A stretch of DNA of 64,000 nt from Lepidodermella squamata (lineage: Eukaryota > Animalia > Gastrotricha), in the NCBI GenBank assembly GCA_047495785.1, contig JBLDXI010000054.1:620001-684000 (forward strand), written 5' to 3'. Below, piece after piece: positions 1 to 12,817 of this stretch (position 1 is its first letter; the number at the start of each line of letters is the position of its first letter). Under the pieces are notes generated by a model. That model made no database searches. It saw nothing but the letters and a program-made list of their open reading frames with translations, and was not told the origin of the DNA. The translations under genes and the position numbers were made by a program.

Positions 1-269
1 AGTGAAATCAGTAACTGGTGGGAAACATGCGCATCAGGCCTAAGAATAGCATGTGGTTGCCGATTTTCCGATTCCTTCCTTAATTTGCTGGAAATTTTAA
101 AAATTCGATTTTTTCCTTGGCTGAAAAAAAAATCCGCCGTGAAAAGGTTAAGTTAAAGACGCAGCCTCGCATTATTAGAATTTATATAATTAACTTCCGC
201 AGTGAGATCTCGCGACATTGTTTTTTGGATAAGAATTGGGTATTTTCGTTGCTTTCTTGGAAATGACTT

Positions 270-830
270 GAAAATTTCAGGATGATTGGGGTCGATTTGA
301 TTTATTCAGTAAATCACCGGTCTTTGTAAATCAATCAGTTCAGATCAAATCCCAAAAAATCCATGGTAAATCAATAAAGTCAAATCATCAGGCCAATTTG
401 AATCAATTCAAATCTTTCGCATTGGGTAACATGGGCATCATGGTGGATTTCTGGCGATTTTTTTAAATTGTAAAGCTTTTTTGGCAGAATGAGTCTAAAA
501 GGGGGTGAATAGCTAGGCTTGGCTAGGCTAGGCTAAACTAGGCTAGTGTTTTCAAGGCAAATGATGTTTAGTTACAGGGGGAATTCAGAGAGTTCAGTTA
601 TTATTAAATCAGCAGCAGGGCGCGAAGTACGGGGGAATGAGGCGTATCGCACCACCCAGCTCGGCAACCCAAAGAAGGTAAACCCCCAAAAAAACCACAG
701 GAGGGGGACCATTTGGTCATAAAATTAGGGGCTGAAATACCCCCCAGTTCGGGGATCCTACTTCGCGCACTGATCAGCAGTAAATCAGGTGGGCTAAATT
801 TCAATCAAATCAAATCATCCTGAAATTTTC
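270..830. mobile_element. Putative non-autonomous TIR element/MITE with internal AAATC and CTAGG short repeats
   Basis: Inverted terminal match gaaaatttcaggatgatt (270-287) / aatcatcctgaaattttc (813-830). Internal (AAATC)n and (CTAGG)n at ~512-545. No recognisable transposase ORF; TSD unclear. Confidence 0.45.
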
Positions 831-1128
831 TAAATTAAATCATCCACAAATCAAACTATCAAAAGTGGCTTAAATCAAATCAAATCAAATCAAAGTTTCT
901 TGTTCTTGGTGAAGTATGCGTTTTAAAATAATTATTTTGAAAATTTAGCAGTTGAAAGAGGTTCTATAGCAGCTCAAACTTGGAAGTTTTCGCTTGTACT
1001 AGTACCACGTTTGAAACTGCATGATTAAGGGACATCGGGCGTTCGAATTTTTTGTTTCGAACTATTACTTCAGCCATAAGGGCCGAATTCCGACACCATT
1101 CCGATTCGTCTAATCATCTCAATTTAAG

Positions 1129-3347
1129 ATTCGACAGCTGGATGACCGCGATTCACCGCCTTCAAATAGCATACTATATTTCGAGGATTGGCAGCTGGAA
1201 ATTCTTCGGAAGGAGATCGCGAAGCCGACCCGACTCCATGCGAAGCGAATTTTAGGAATTGCCGAAGCAGTGAAAACTACCCCAAAACGAGTGCGAATGT
1301 GGTTAAACAATCATCGCGACCAACCTCGAAAGGAGAGAAACATGATCAGATTATCACCTACTCAACTCGAGGCATTGAAGACGTCATTCGCTCGTGATAT
1401 GTCACCGAAACCCACGGGCATTATGAGACTTGCCAATTTGACTGGCTTACTACCGAATAAGGTCCGTAATTGGTTCTACGCTCGTCGTTCTAAGCTCTCA
1501 CTCTGTCCTGAAAGAATCACTCAGAAACATCGACAACTCCTGGAGAAAGTGAGTAGATTTGATAGAGTCATCACGCAACCTATGCTTTTCAGGAATATAC
1601 AGTTAACATATCCCCGAGTATATTTCGGAGAGATGAACTGGCCAAGCTGATTGGATGCTCTAGGGAACAGCTATCCACCTGGTTCTATCGACAACGTCGA
1701 GCAGCTGTCGTTCGAGTGAGAAACAAATTGGATTCCGATGAGGTTTGTTTTAGCTATAGCGTCTTAACCGTCTAAGTCCGGCTGGTGTATGTGTAAGTCG
1801 CTTGGTGTTTTGGAAAGTTTCAAAAAAATGCCAAAAATGTGTGTTACTATTGTAACTTTAAAAAATGCTTGCGTTAACACAAGTCTTGAAATATTTTCAC
1901 CAATTTTTTTCATTTTGACCAAAAATGCCATTTTTACATGCCGAAACACAAGTGATTCGATAGATAGCCGAATTTTTCGCTTGTCGAAACACAAGTGATC
2001 AATGAAGGTGATTGACAAAACTTTGATTTATCGATCAGGGTTAGTTGATAAATCAGTGGCACCTTGATAAACCGGCTGGTATTACAGTCACACACCCTAA
2101 CTACGACCTATTAGCCCATGAAAATCTATATCGAAGCGGCGGCAATCGAATTTATCGGAATTGGGCCGACAAAATCACTTGATAACTTCTTGTCAAGTGA
2201 TAAATGGCTGTCACTAGAGTGCGTAAGCACCAGATGTTGCTGACAACATTTTTATAAGCACAGCTGCGCAACTCAATTTAGGGCCTTGAAAACAGTGATT
2301 AAAAGATCGTATGTGTTTTCGCATGTTAATTGGTTTCCAAAACACGTTCGTGTGTTCGAATGGCAATCAGAGCGACAAAAAATTGCCCCTCATCATGTGT
2401 GCACACATAATGGCACATGTGTTTCGACGAGTTTAAGAGTCGAGGGACATTTACCTAATTACTGTGTTGCGTAATCGCACGTTGCGGACGCGCCCGCCTG
2501 GGTGCTGCAAGCTCAGGTAAGGGGCTCAACCGTGGTATAAAAATTTTATGCCGAAAATTAATAAGCAATCCACACCTACGCCGAGAAGTTGCAATTGACG
2601 AAAACCCATAGTCGGACTTAGAGGGTTAACCGATATACCGATGAGAGCACGGGTTCCAGGAACAGACTTTTTAAGACACACATTTTGATTAAATAGCACG
2701 AAAATAGCGGATGTTAGACTCGAAAAACCTGAACCTGACTGTCTCCCAATTGCTTGGGAATGGGCGCCATTGAGGGGGGTTCGGTGGCCAGAAATCCTAG
2801 TCAATGAACAAACTGAAAAGAGGGCTGCGTTAGCCCATTTGCTTGGTAAAACGACTTGAATAGAGAGGTTATTGTACATTCGTAATAATTTTCTTCCAGG
2901 CTGAAAGGTTGCGAAACAATCCTCTCGCAGGGTCCGAAAAAGGCTCAAGGTTTCAACCGTGGCAGATCGACATCTTGAGAAAAGAAGCTATGAAACCGGA
3001 ACGGCTTTATGCAAAACGCTTGCTTGGTATCGCTGAAGCCGTGAAATCGTCGCCAACTCGAGTCAGAAGTTGGATCGCAGTGCACCGACCATCTTATTTT
3101 CAGAGAATTGCTGAGAAAAAAGCGGAGCAAGAGAGGATGGGCAAACGGCCGATTGCTGCATTGGAAGAGACCTTCTATGAAAACACTCACCCAACAGACG
3201 ATGAATTTCAAGGAATTGCCATGAAGGTTGGACCTCGACCCGAAAAGAGTGAAGCATTGGTTCGCCAAACATCGAACTTTGAGAAAAAAATGGCGGATGA
3301 TACTGCAATCGACTCTACCTATCCCGGCCCAGAATGATTATGAATGA
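1129..3347 (+). pseudogene. Octo-homeobox gene copy 1 (exons 3-5 only; 5' exons presumably upstream of the window), with a 1-bp insertion in the last homeobox
   Basis: Exons 1129-1548, 1593-1742 and 2900-3347, GT-AG, phase 0, colinear with copy 2. An extra G near 3227-3231 (aaggttggacctc vs aggttagacctc / aagatggacctc in paralogues) shifts HD8. Sequence at ~160-235 matches intron 2 of copy 3 (~8130-8205). Confidence 0.8.
1768..2625. mobile_element. piggyBac-type non-autonomous element in intron 4 of homeobox copy 1
   Basis: TTAA at 1764-1767 and 2626-2629. TIRs ccgtctaagtccggct / agtcggacttagaggg. Excision restores gtcttaaccgatat, matching the empty site in paralogous introns (ctcttaccgatat ~5891, gtctttaccgatac ~9282). 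Confidence 0.8.
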
Positions 3348-3454
3348 ATCGATGTCAGAATGAATATTAATCATCAATCTGGTTCCTTATAACATGATTC
3401 TACGCGCTGTTTCAATCAGATGATATTTGCAATGTTATGGATTATACAATTTCT

Positions 3455-3850
3455 TTAGATTTCAATATCGTAATCCGTAATTTCCTTGTTGAAATGCCAA
3501 ACGAGAAACACAAAACACCCAAAAAGAGTCTTCGAAACTTGGCAAGTTATGTGCAACCAATTACAAAAGCGTCGCAGCTTTCTAAAGTGAACAGCCACGC
3601 GAACGCGGAATGCTGGCGGCAACAGCCGAAGCAGTGAACTCTACCCCCCAAATGGGTCAACATTTAATTGAGAGGTAAACTCAGACAAGTCAAATGGCGC
3701 GCGAGGGATATTGATACGTTCACAGGGCATCAATGCGAAGTGCTAGACGGAGCGTAATGACCGGCCGAAGGTTGATGATATTGAAATACAGACTGGCGAA
3801 ATCGGCTGCGATGACGGCAAAACGTTCAGCGATGGTTCAATACTCAACCA
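3455..3850 (+). pseudogene. Degenerate remnant of a copy-5-type homeobox gene
   Basis: cttcgaaacttggcaagttatgtgcaa resembles copy 5 exon 1 (cttcgaaacttggcaactcaaagttatgtgcaa), and the upstream context is similar too. Downstream fragments FTGHQCEVL...GEIGCDD..VQRWFN resemble the terminal homeodomain. Multiple indels and stops. Confidence 0.6.
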
Positions 3851-4209
3851 TTCTTTCTTCATTCCAGCAGTAACGATTCTTTTGAGGACAATTTGGAAAT
3901 GTTGATTATCTTCGAGCAGTTTCAAGTTTGACCTTCGCATATTTGTGATCATTTTTCCCAATGCTGCATTGAAGCTCTTTAATGGCAGAAACAGATTAAT
4001 GTCGTCTGGTGGGCAACAAGACGACTTAGAGTAGAAAATAACTGGCGCGAAAATGATCAGGCACGCGATTGACCAAAATGCTAAAAGTTAGTTTTGCGCC
4101 ATTTCTATTATAGGCAAGTCACCGCCCACCCCCTTCCCCCGCGATATAGCCTCTTCCTAAGGTCAATTTAATTTGTTCCTCATAGGTTTTATACTTTAAT
4201 CTCAAAATA

Positions 4210-7042
4210 ATGAGGAAAGATTTCGAAACACATCAGGTCGAGATTTTGTGCGAATATCTAAAGAAGTGGCAGAACCTAAAATTTGGAGGCTCAAAGAACG
4301 GTCCTTCGGCCAGATCGATTGCTAGATCAGCAGCTGCGAGAATCGGCGAAACACCATCTCGCGTCTACGCATGGATTCGACAACGCAGTAATGCTGATGT
4401 CGCGGAACTCAAATCGACGCCACAGAGATACCTTTCAACAGCGCAATACGAAATTTTGAACTGTTCTTATCTGGAGAATGCCTATCCTAAAGCTGAGGAG
4501 GTCGACCGATTATCGCGGGAAATCGGAATCCCAGCATATCGAGTGAGAAACTGGATGTTCTATCGCCGTCAGAAAGATAATTCCACAACACCGAGGTTCA
4601 AGTTATCTGAGGAACATATTGCGCTACTCAACAAGGTACATATTCCTGAAATAATTAATGTCCTTAGGCTATTGGTAAAATTAAATCCAAGGAATTCAAG
4701 GCGAATATCTCTCCAACTCCTGAACGGATTTCGCAGCTCGCTGAATTGATTGGCTGTCCAAGGTCTTACTTAGTTGGTTGGTTCAAGCGAAGACGCTCAG
4801 CGGAGGGAGTTCAACTGGTGAGAGATGCAGCTCTCCAGGAAAAAGTAATTTTTTCAGTCTACTGTCTTAGGCCAGATTTACGGAGTCCAACTACGTTTTT
4901 CTGTCATGGTCGATATGATAGATGATAGCATCTAGCATCAACGGCGCTTGGCAGCACGCGATTTCTTCAATTGATTAATATTTATGATAAAAAATCGCAC
5001 CCGACGATCCCCACTACCGCGACCGAGCCGGCAACAAGTAGTTGGGTTTTGACACTGCACATCGAGACTAAGATGACTTACAGTCTTGAATGCGTCATTG
5101 ATTTTAGTTCCGCATTTGAATATGTAGTACACATTTTTGCATTAAGTAATTACAAGGGGTTTTTCAAGGGGTAATATTCTACGTTTGACAATGAGTAAGT
5201 AATAAGGATCATTGGAAAAGTTGAGATCATGTTTTGCTCAAGATTCGACAACTGGATGACCGCGATTCACCTCCTTCGAATAGTAAACTATATTTTGAAA
5301 ATTGGCAGCTGGAAATTCTTCGAAAGGAGTTGGCTAAGCCGATGCAACTCGATGCGAAACGAATTTTAGGAATAGCCGAAACAGTGAAAACTACCCCAAA
5401 ACGGGTAAGAGGATGGTTAAACAATCATCGCTATAATCCTGGGAAGGAGAGAGACATGATCAGGTTATCTCCCATCCAACTTGAAGCATTGAAGACATCC
5501 TTTGCTCGTGATATGTCACCTAATCCCACGGAAATGAGGAGGCTAGCCGATTTGACTGGTTTACCATGGAAAAAGGTCCGTGAATGGTTCTACTCTCATC
5601 GTGCTAGGATCTCATCCCGTCCCAAAAAAATCAGTCACACTCGAAAACATCGCGAAATCCTGGAGAAAGTGCGTCATTGTCGATTTGATAGATTTGCTTT
5701 AGCGCCTTATGCTTTTCAGGAATATGCATTTAACATATCCCCGAGTCAAGGTCGAAAGGAAGAATTGGCTAAACTGATTGGCTGTCCTAGGCAGCATATA
5801 GCCGCCTGGTTCTATCGGAAACGTCGAGCTGCTGACATTCGCATGAGAGACAACATGGATTCCATGCAGGTTTGTCTTAGAATGAATTTACTCTTACCGA
5901 TATCCAATGCTTCGTCAAACAGAGCCAGGCCTCTTGTTTTTTCAAAGAGCGCTTCCCTGACAATCTGAAAGAATCTGCCAAAATCCCATGGATCCCATTT
6001 TAAGAGCTCGCATAGGACATTTAGGTCAGATTTGACCTATTTTAGGAGAGATTGCATAGGAGATTGAAACCTTAGTAGAGATCTTAGGTCATCTTGGTGA
6101 ACTCTTTTGATCTCTTTTTAACCTTATATAACACCTGGATGCTTCAAATATTGATAATCGTTTCGAAAGATCATGACCGCTCGAAGTCATTTGACGAAAT
6201 GGGGGTCGAAATGACACCCGCACCTACCAGCTCAGGTTGTCTGATAAAGATCTAAAGATTTGAAGATGAACTATCTCAAAGGTAATTTCGTAAATCAAGT
6301 GCGGAGAATTTGAAAATCAATATTAGAAGCTTCCAGGTGTTGCAGTTAGAGATCCAGAGAGTTCAACAATTTGACCTAAGATCCCTCCTAAGGCGCCGGA
6401 GGGGATGAAAGTCGATTTTACTGACCTCTGTTTATTTTTGCTAATGGTTGGTTTTTCCTCGTCGTTCTATTTTCTAAGGCATGGGGAGGACGGGGTGGGC
6501 AGGGTTGCAAATAACCAAATAAAATGGGGGCCTCTTGCGGTATAAACGACTTTCGAAGGGGTCAATGTATTCGTAATCTTCATCCCTAGGTTGAAATGTC
6601 GAGAACCAGTCCTCTCGCTGAATTCGAAAAACGCTCGAGATTTCACCCGTGGCAGATCGATATTTTACAAAAAGAAGCTATGAAACCCGAACGGCTCTAT
6701 GCTAAACGCTTGCTTGGTATCGCTGAAACCGTGAAATCGTCGCCAACACGAGTCAAGGATTGGATCGCGGCTCACCGACCTACTTCTTTGTGGAGGATTA
6801 CTAAGATGAAAGCGATACAGGAGCGAATCGAAGCGGAAAACCGGCCGTTTGCTGCGTTGAAAGAGGCATTCAGGGAAAACCCTCGCCCAACTGACGCTGA
6901 AATTCAGGACATTGCTCTCAGGTTAGACCTCGACCCAAAAAGAGTAAAGCATTGGTTCGCCAAGCATCGAACTGGTGAGAAAAAATGGCGGATGATAATG
7001 CAATCGACACTACCTAACCCGGCCCAGGATGATGCTGAATGA
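4210..7042 (+). CDS. Octo-homeodomain protein, copy 2 (intact, 535 aa, 5 exons)
   Basis: Exons 4210-4635, 4692-4844, 5243-5668, 5720-5869, 6590-7042; all GT-AG, phase 0, continuous ORF. Eight helix-3 Trp motifs: VYAWIRQR, VRNWMFYRR, LVGWFKRRR, VRGWLNNHR, VREWFYSHR, IAAWFYRKR, VKDWIAAHR, VKHWFAKHR. Confidence 0.85.
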
Positions 7043-7382
7043 ACCGATGTCAGGATGAATCGAAATCATCAATGGGACTCAAGTTTGGTCAAATTTGATC
7101 ATCACAATAGTTTACTTCACGTAATCACGTGACATAGTTTGCCTGCTGGGGTGTAATAATTACCGTCAAATCGGGAGTTTGCCGAAACGCTAGCGATCTT
7201 ACATAGTGACAAAAACAATTCGAGCCACTATTTCCTGCAGATTCGACCTAGGCATATCCATATCCTTTTTTCTTAATGCTGCAATGCTGCTCATGAATAA
7301 CAGAAAACAGATGAATGTAGGTTTATCCGTTGATCTATTTTAATTCCAAATAGTTTTTGCGCTAAATCAAAATATCAAATTA

Positions 7383-10300
7383 ATGCCGAAAGTATTCGAA
7401 CGCAATCAGGTCGAGATCTTGTGCGAATACCTTGAGAAGTGGCAGAACCTAAAGCGTGATGGCTCGAAGAAATGCCCGTCGACCAGATCGATTGCCAAAG
7501 TAGCGGCGGACAGAATCGGCGAAACGCCAACCCAAGTCTTCACATGGATTCGAAAATACAAAAACGCTGATATCGCAGAACTCAAATTGAAGCCGCAGAG
7601 ATTGTATTCAACGGCGCAACGCGACATTTTGAACAAGTTTTATTTGATAAACGCTTATCCTACAGTTGAGGAGATCGAACGATTATCGCGGGAAGTTGGA
7701 CTGCCAGCAATTCGAGTGAGAAACTGGATGCGCGGTCGCCGTAAGAAAGACAATTTCACAAAACGTCGGTTCAAGCTATCCGAGGAACAGATTACGCTAC
7801 TCAACAAGGTATTACACTAGAAATCATTTTAATTATCAGGTAAATCGTTGAAAATATGTCATAGGAATTCGAGGCAAATATCTCTCCAACTTTTAAACGG
7901 AAGTCCCAGCTCGCTGAATTGATTCGTTGTCCAAGGTCTTTCATAGTTGGCTGGTTCGCGCGAAAACGCTCCGCGAAGGGGATTAAACTGAAAGACCCAG
8001 CTTTCCATGAAAAGGTAACTTTGAATTCTTGAAAATATATATGTCATAGCTGGGATACAGTTATTTCATTACCAAATCATTGAATTCTGTATCAAGTTAT
8101 TGCAATTAGTTGCTAGTCCCCAAGATTTTGACGCAGCCTCTAATTATTAGAGTTGATTGAATAAAGTAGCGCAGTAAGATCTCCCGACGTTGTTTTTGGA
8201 TTAGCATATCCTCTTTCTCTTTTGAAAACATTCACTTTGCAGGGTCTTCTTTATGAAGAGCAAGCGATCTATTTTCCATAAGCAACTGTACAATCGAATA
8301 GATTGGAACTGTTATTTATGGAGGTCAACGATTCAGCTCTCAATAAAAACTTCAATTTTTTTTAATTCCCGTTTCAATTTTTCCAAGTTAAAAATTTGAA
8401 ATTACGCAGCCTATAAACAATTCATTTTTTGGAAAAGATTGGCTACCTGTCGTCAGTTAGAGATCGATATGGCCAAATGCTCATGCTGGCACGCGAAAAA
8501 AAAACACGCGACCAACTATGCTAGCTGTTTCTTCGGTCGCTCGCGTGCCTGCATCTGCTTTGATACAAGTGAACACTACGTGATTCACTTTGCAGCATTT
8601 TCGGCATTTAAGTATATTGAAGTTGAGATCATGCTTTGTTGAAGATTCGACAGCTTGATAACCGCGGTTCGCCCCCTTCGAAAAGCAAGCTATACTTCGA
8701 AGAATGGCAGCTCGAAATTCTTCGAAAGGAGATCGCGAAGCCGACCCTACTCCATGCGAAGCGAATTTTAGAAATTGCCGAAGCAGTGAAGACTACCCCA
8801 AAACGGGTGAGAACGTGGTTCAACAATCATCACTATCAACCTGTAAAGGAGAGGAACAAGAACAGGTTATCGCCAACTCAACTCGAGGCATTGAAGTCAT
8901 CATTCGCCCGAGATATGTCACCGAAACTCGATGAAATGAGGAGACTTGCCGAGTTGACTGGTTTACCACCGGCAAAAATACGTGATTGGTTCTACTCTCG
9001 TCGTTCTAGGCTCTCACTCTGTCCTGAAAGAATCACTCAGAAACATCGCCAACTCCTGGAGAAAGTGAGTCATTGTAGATTTGATAGAGTCATCTAGCAC
9101 CTATGCTTTTCAGGAATATTCAGTTAACATATGCCCAAGTAAAGGTCGGAAAGATGCACTGGCTAAGCTGATTGGATGTTCTAGGGAATATCTAGCCACC
9201 TGGTTCTACCGAAAACGTCGAGCTGCTGGCATTCGGATAGTAGAAAGATTGGATTCCAAGGAGGTTTGTTTTAGTCATAGCGTCTTTACCGATACATATG
9301 AGCCGCGACAAGTGAAAACCGTATCTTACGCACTTGTGAGAAATTTTTACCAGAGCGCAAAGAAGGCTTGATGGGTTAATTTTGTCAAAATCAACTTTTC
9401 ATGGTTTTCTTATGCAGTTTTTCATGAGGAATCTGCTGGTGAAATCGGATTTTTTCTGCGATGCATAGTTTTGGTGCTATTAGCTAAAAATGCGAGTGTG
9501 TCTAAATTCTAAATTCAAATATTTATTGTTCATTGATATGGGAGATTCATTGTCAAAAACATGAAATTGACGAATTTTTCGTAATTTTGCTGCTAAAATT
9601 GGGGTGCGCGTAAAACTTTTTCCCATTGCATTTTTCGAGCGAGAACACCATATTCATTGGCAACAGCAATTGCAATTGGCAATTGGGAAACTGGGAGTAC
9701 GGTACTCCCAGTTCGATCTGCCGAAAGAATGACAACATTCTCAGCGAAATAGGACAGGTTTCTCGAGATTTTGCGGCAAGGCTCATTCTTGGATTGGAGA
9801 TCATTTTCCTGACCATTCTTAACTGATTTAGATTCGTCAGTGGGCTGACCCAGTTTGTTTAAATGTTTCGTTAGAGCATACGCTTTTCTAAAACTGTTAG
9901 AATGATGTTGTGCAGAAGTACGCGAGAATCGAATAATGAGGCGTTATTAGTTGTTAGCCTCTTCCAGATCGAAAATTCACAAATTCACGAACATTTCGCT
10001 CGCAGGAGGCTAAACGCACTATAGATTTAGCTCAGCTGTCATTCCTTACCGGTTTCGAAAAATGCGCCAATTCTCTCATTATAGCGCGCTTACGCGCGAT
10101 CCTTAGGAAACAGCGATATCTATAACTATGGCAAATCAGGGTAAATCAAGACATCTGCGAGCGAGCGCGAAGCGATCGCGAGCGATATTTTTTTGGACTA
10201 TATGCTGAGGGAATGACCGATCTGTTTGTTTTTACCGATATACAGCGCTCCATTTGTGAATGCTGGGTTCCCGAAGGCAGCTTGTTGTTTTGCTATTGTT

Positions 10301-11158
10301 GATTACATCGTAAGAGAAATTATAAAAATGTCGGGCGCAAGCAAATCGTAACAGATCCCCTTTTTAAAAGGTCGAATTGGAAAATTTGGTTGGCGTATCA
10401 AAAAGCTTGCGCAAAATTAATTGTCTGAAGAGTCTCACCCAGACTCACCCAGCGGTAAACTGTGAAGACTTACTCGCTTTTCGTTGTCAGCAATACTTTT
10501 GACATAACAACCGCCACGTGAGCGGCGCCTTCATTGCAGCCAATTGTCAATGGAAGGTCGCGTAGCGTTCCACGTAGGAACCCCGTTCCTAGTTCCAAAA
10601 GGAGAACGCAGCTGGCAGCTGAAATCGGCTATGCGCGACCTTCCATTGACAATTGGCTGCAATGAAGGCGCCGCTCACGTGGCGGTTGTTATGTCAAAAG
10701 TATTGCTGACAACGAAAAGGTTGTGTTCAATTGTAAGCTGTGATTCTCTTTACTGACATTTTTAGATCAAGGAAATGAACGAAAATGGCCTCGCGGACAA
10801 GAGTCGAGCTTTTGAGCCTTGGCAACTTGAAATTCTCCGAGAGGAAAGAGCTAGGCCCTCAAGATTATATTCTCGTCGCCTGTTGGAAATCGCCGAACGA
10901 ATTAAGACGGCACCCTGTCGAATAAGAACGTGGTTCCAACACGAGCGCAAACGCGTAGCAGATTCTACTATGCGAAAGCGCAATGATTTCACAGGGAGTT
11001 CAGATCTGGGCAATAAAAAACCAGTTCCTGAAGTTCCATCATCTTTCGCTGAAATGATTTCAAGATCTAGCAGAGCGAATCGGATGTAGTGACTGGAAGA
11101 CGAGAATTCGGAATTGGGTCAGTCGTAATCGTGATAAAATTCTATCCCTGGAAAGGTG
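7383..11158 (+). CDS. Octo-homeobox gene copy 3 (exons 1-4 intact; terminal exon of a different type, duplicated and damaged in HD8)
   Basis: Exons 7383-7808, 7865-8014, 8645-9064 and 9114-9263 are in frame. Next phase-0 acceptor tttag|ATC AAG GAA ATG at 10766. HD7 is intact (IRTWFQHER); HD8 is broken by a +1 G near 10995 and an in-frame TGA, so the predicted ORF ends at 11089 with 7 homeodomains. Confidence 0.65.
10477..10719. repeat. Hairpin / MITE-like inverted repeat (~85-90 bp near-perfect arms)
   Basis: cttttcgttgtcagcaatacttttgacataacaaccgccacgtgagcggcgccttcattgcagccaattgtcaatggaaggtcgcg has its reverse complement at ~10634-10719. Confidence 0.85.
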
Positions 11159-11642
11159 ATATAAATAAAAATATAAACGAACAATATAACATAATAAATT
11201 CCCTTCTTTCGCACAGTTTATACAAAGTGACAGAGATGGCGCGCGGTTGCGAAACGACATGCGCTTGCCGGCGGCAGTGCGCTGAGGACGCTAGTGGGCG
11301 AGCTAAAGGAATATTTATCGTATGCAGAAGATTACATGTAATGGGCTAATCAGAACAGAAGGAGTGCAGCAGGAAGAAAAAGAAAAGAAAGGAGAAGAGG
11401 AACCAGGATGATACAAGGCAAGACTTACAAGATGTAGAAAGACGGAAGAGACACGGAAAGATCACACACCGGAAAGATCACACGTAAAGCCATCTGAATA
11501 GAGACAGCTACATTGCGCACTTTTTGTGTGCGCGAGAAATCTGCACACCTGACTGGACAATAATTGTCTAACTGAGAATAGCTGACGCTATTTTTGAGCT
11601 TAAATTTTCAGCTCAGTTAGCAAAAATTAGGAATTTTCAGTA

Positions 11643-12232
11643 AACCCCGTTCCTAGTTGCGAAAGGAGAACGCAGCTAGCAGCTGAAATCGGCTATGCGC
11701 GATCTTCCATTGATAAATGGCTGCACCGAAAGCGCTCACGAGGCGGTTGTTATGTCAAAAGTATTGCTGACAACGAAAAGCTTGTAGTCAAATTTATAGC
11801 GCGATTCTCTTCATTGACATTTATAGATCAAGGAAATGAACAAAATTGGCCACGCGGACAAGGGTCGAGCTTTTGAGCCATGGCAACTTGAAATTCTTCG
11901 AGAGGAAAGATCTAGGCCCTCAAAATTACATTCGCGCCGCCTGTTGGAAATCGCTGAACGAATTAAGACGGCGCCCCATCGAATAAGATTATGGTTCAAA
12001 CACGAGCACGAACGCGAACGGGAACGCGAAGCAAATGCTTTGCGAAAGCACGATGATTTCACAGGAGTTCAGACCTCGGCAATAAAAGACGAATGGCTAA
12101 AGTTCTCTCATCTTTCGCCGAACGGATTTCAAAATCTAGCAGAGCGAATCGGATGTACCTGGTAGTGACTGGAAGAAAATTCGGAATTGGGTCCGCCGTA
12201 ATCGCGACGAAATTCCATCGCTGAAAAAGTGA
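11643..12232 (+). pseudogene. Direct duplicate of ~10571-11158, carrying a second copy of the terminal homeobox exon (acceptor at 11826)
   Basis: High nucleotide similarity, including the right half of the hairpin. ORF 11836-12165 has HD7 (IRLWFKHEH); HD8 is interrupted by a small insertion creating TAG at 12163-12165. Confidence 0.75.
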
Positions 12233-12384
12233 CCTTACATACTTGTTTAAATTCCCTGCATGATAACGGAATGAAAAACCTAGTTTTTTAGTGTCTATTT
12301 AGTAAGGTGTCAATTATAACTAAATAATTATAACGACCAACGACTACATATTCGTGTCTTACCATCATTCTTCTGATGAAGTTT

Positions 12385-12540
12385 CAGTAGCCATGGTCCA
12401 GTCAAAGTATCCCCGACTAAAGATCAAAAGAAGAAATTGGCTCAGCTGATTGGATGCCCGAGCTCTCTTATAATTGTATGGTTGAAAAAGAGACTTCAAG
12501 CTGCGGATTTTAAAGATAGACAACATGGATTTCAATGAGG
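12385..12540 (+). pseudogene. Orphan degenerate exon-4-type homeobox fragment
   Basis: Reads VKVSPTKDQKKKLAQLIGCPSSLIIVWLKKRLQAA and ends ...caacatggatttcaatgag|gtaagc like exon 4 of the paralogues; frameshifted. Confidence 0.6.
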
Positions 12541-12817
12541 TAAGCTTCGGATCAATGATAAAACTGGCAATTTCTAAATTCTGCTATTCTCAAGGTTGGA
12601 ATGCTGAGCAATAGCTGTTTCGCGGAGTTCGGAAAGGCTCCAGGTTTGACCAGTTGCAGCCTGAGATGTTGAGAAAATGCGAGTTGAGAGGCCAAGATTC
12701 TTAATAGCGCCACACGAACGGTTGTTTTTTTGCAAAAATGCTCGTCAATCTTCAATGACCCAGGAAAACATGATTATTCCATTATCTGCTTATAGGTTAT
12801 CATAATATCTCAAATCA

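Noticed and set aside
11230-11512. Possible solo LTR (purine-rich segment ending ...aatagagacagctaca)
   Set aside because: No convincing TG...CA pair with a TSD and no second copy in the window.
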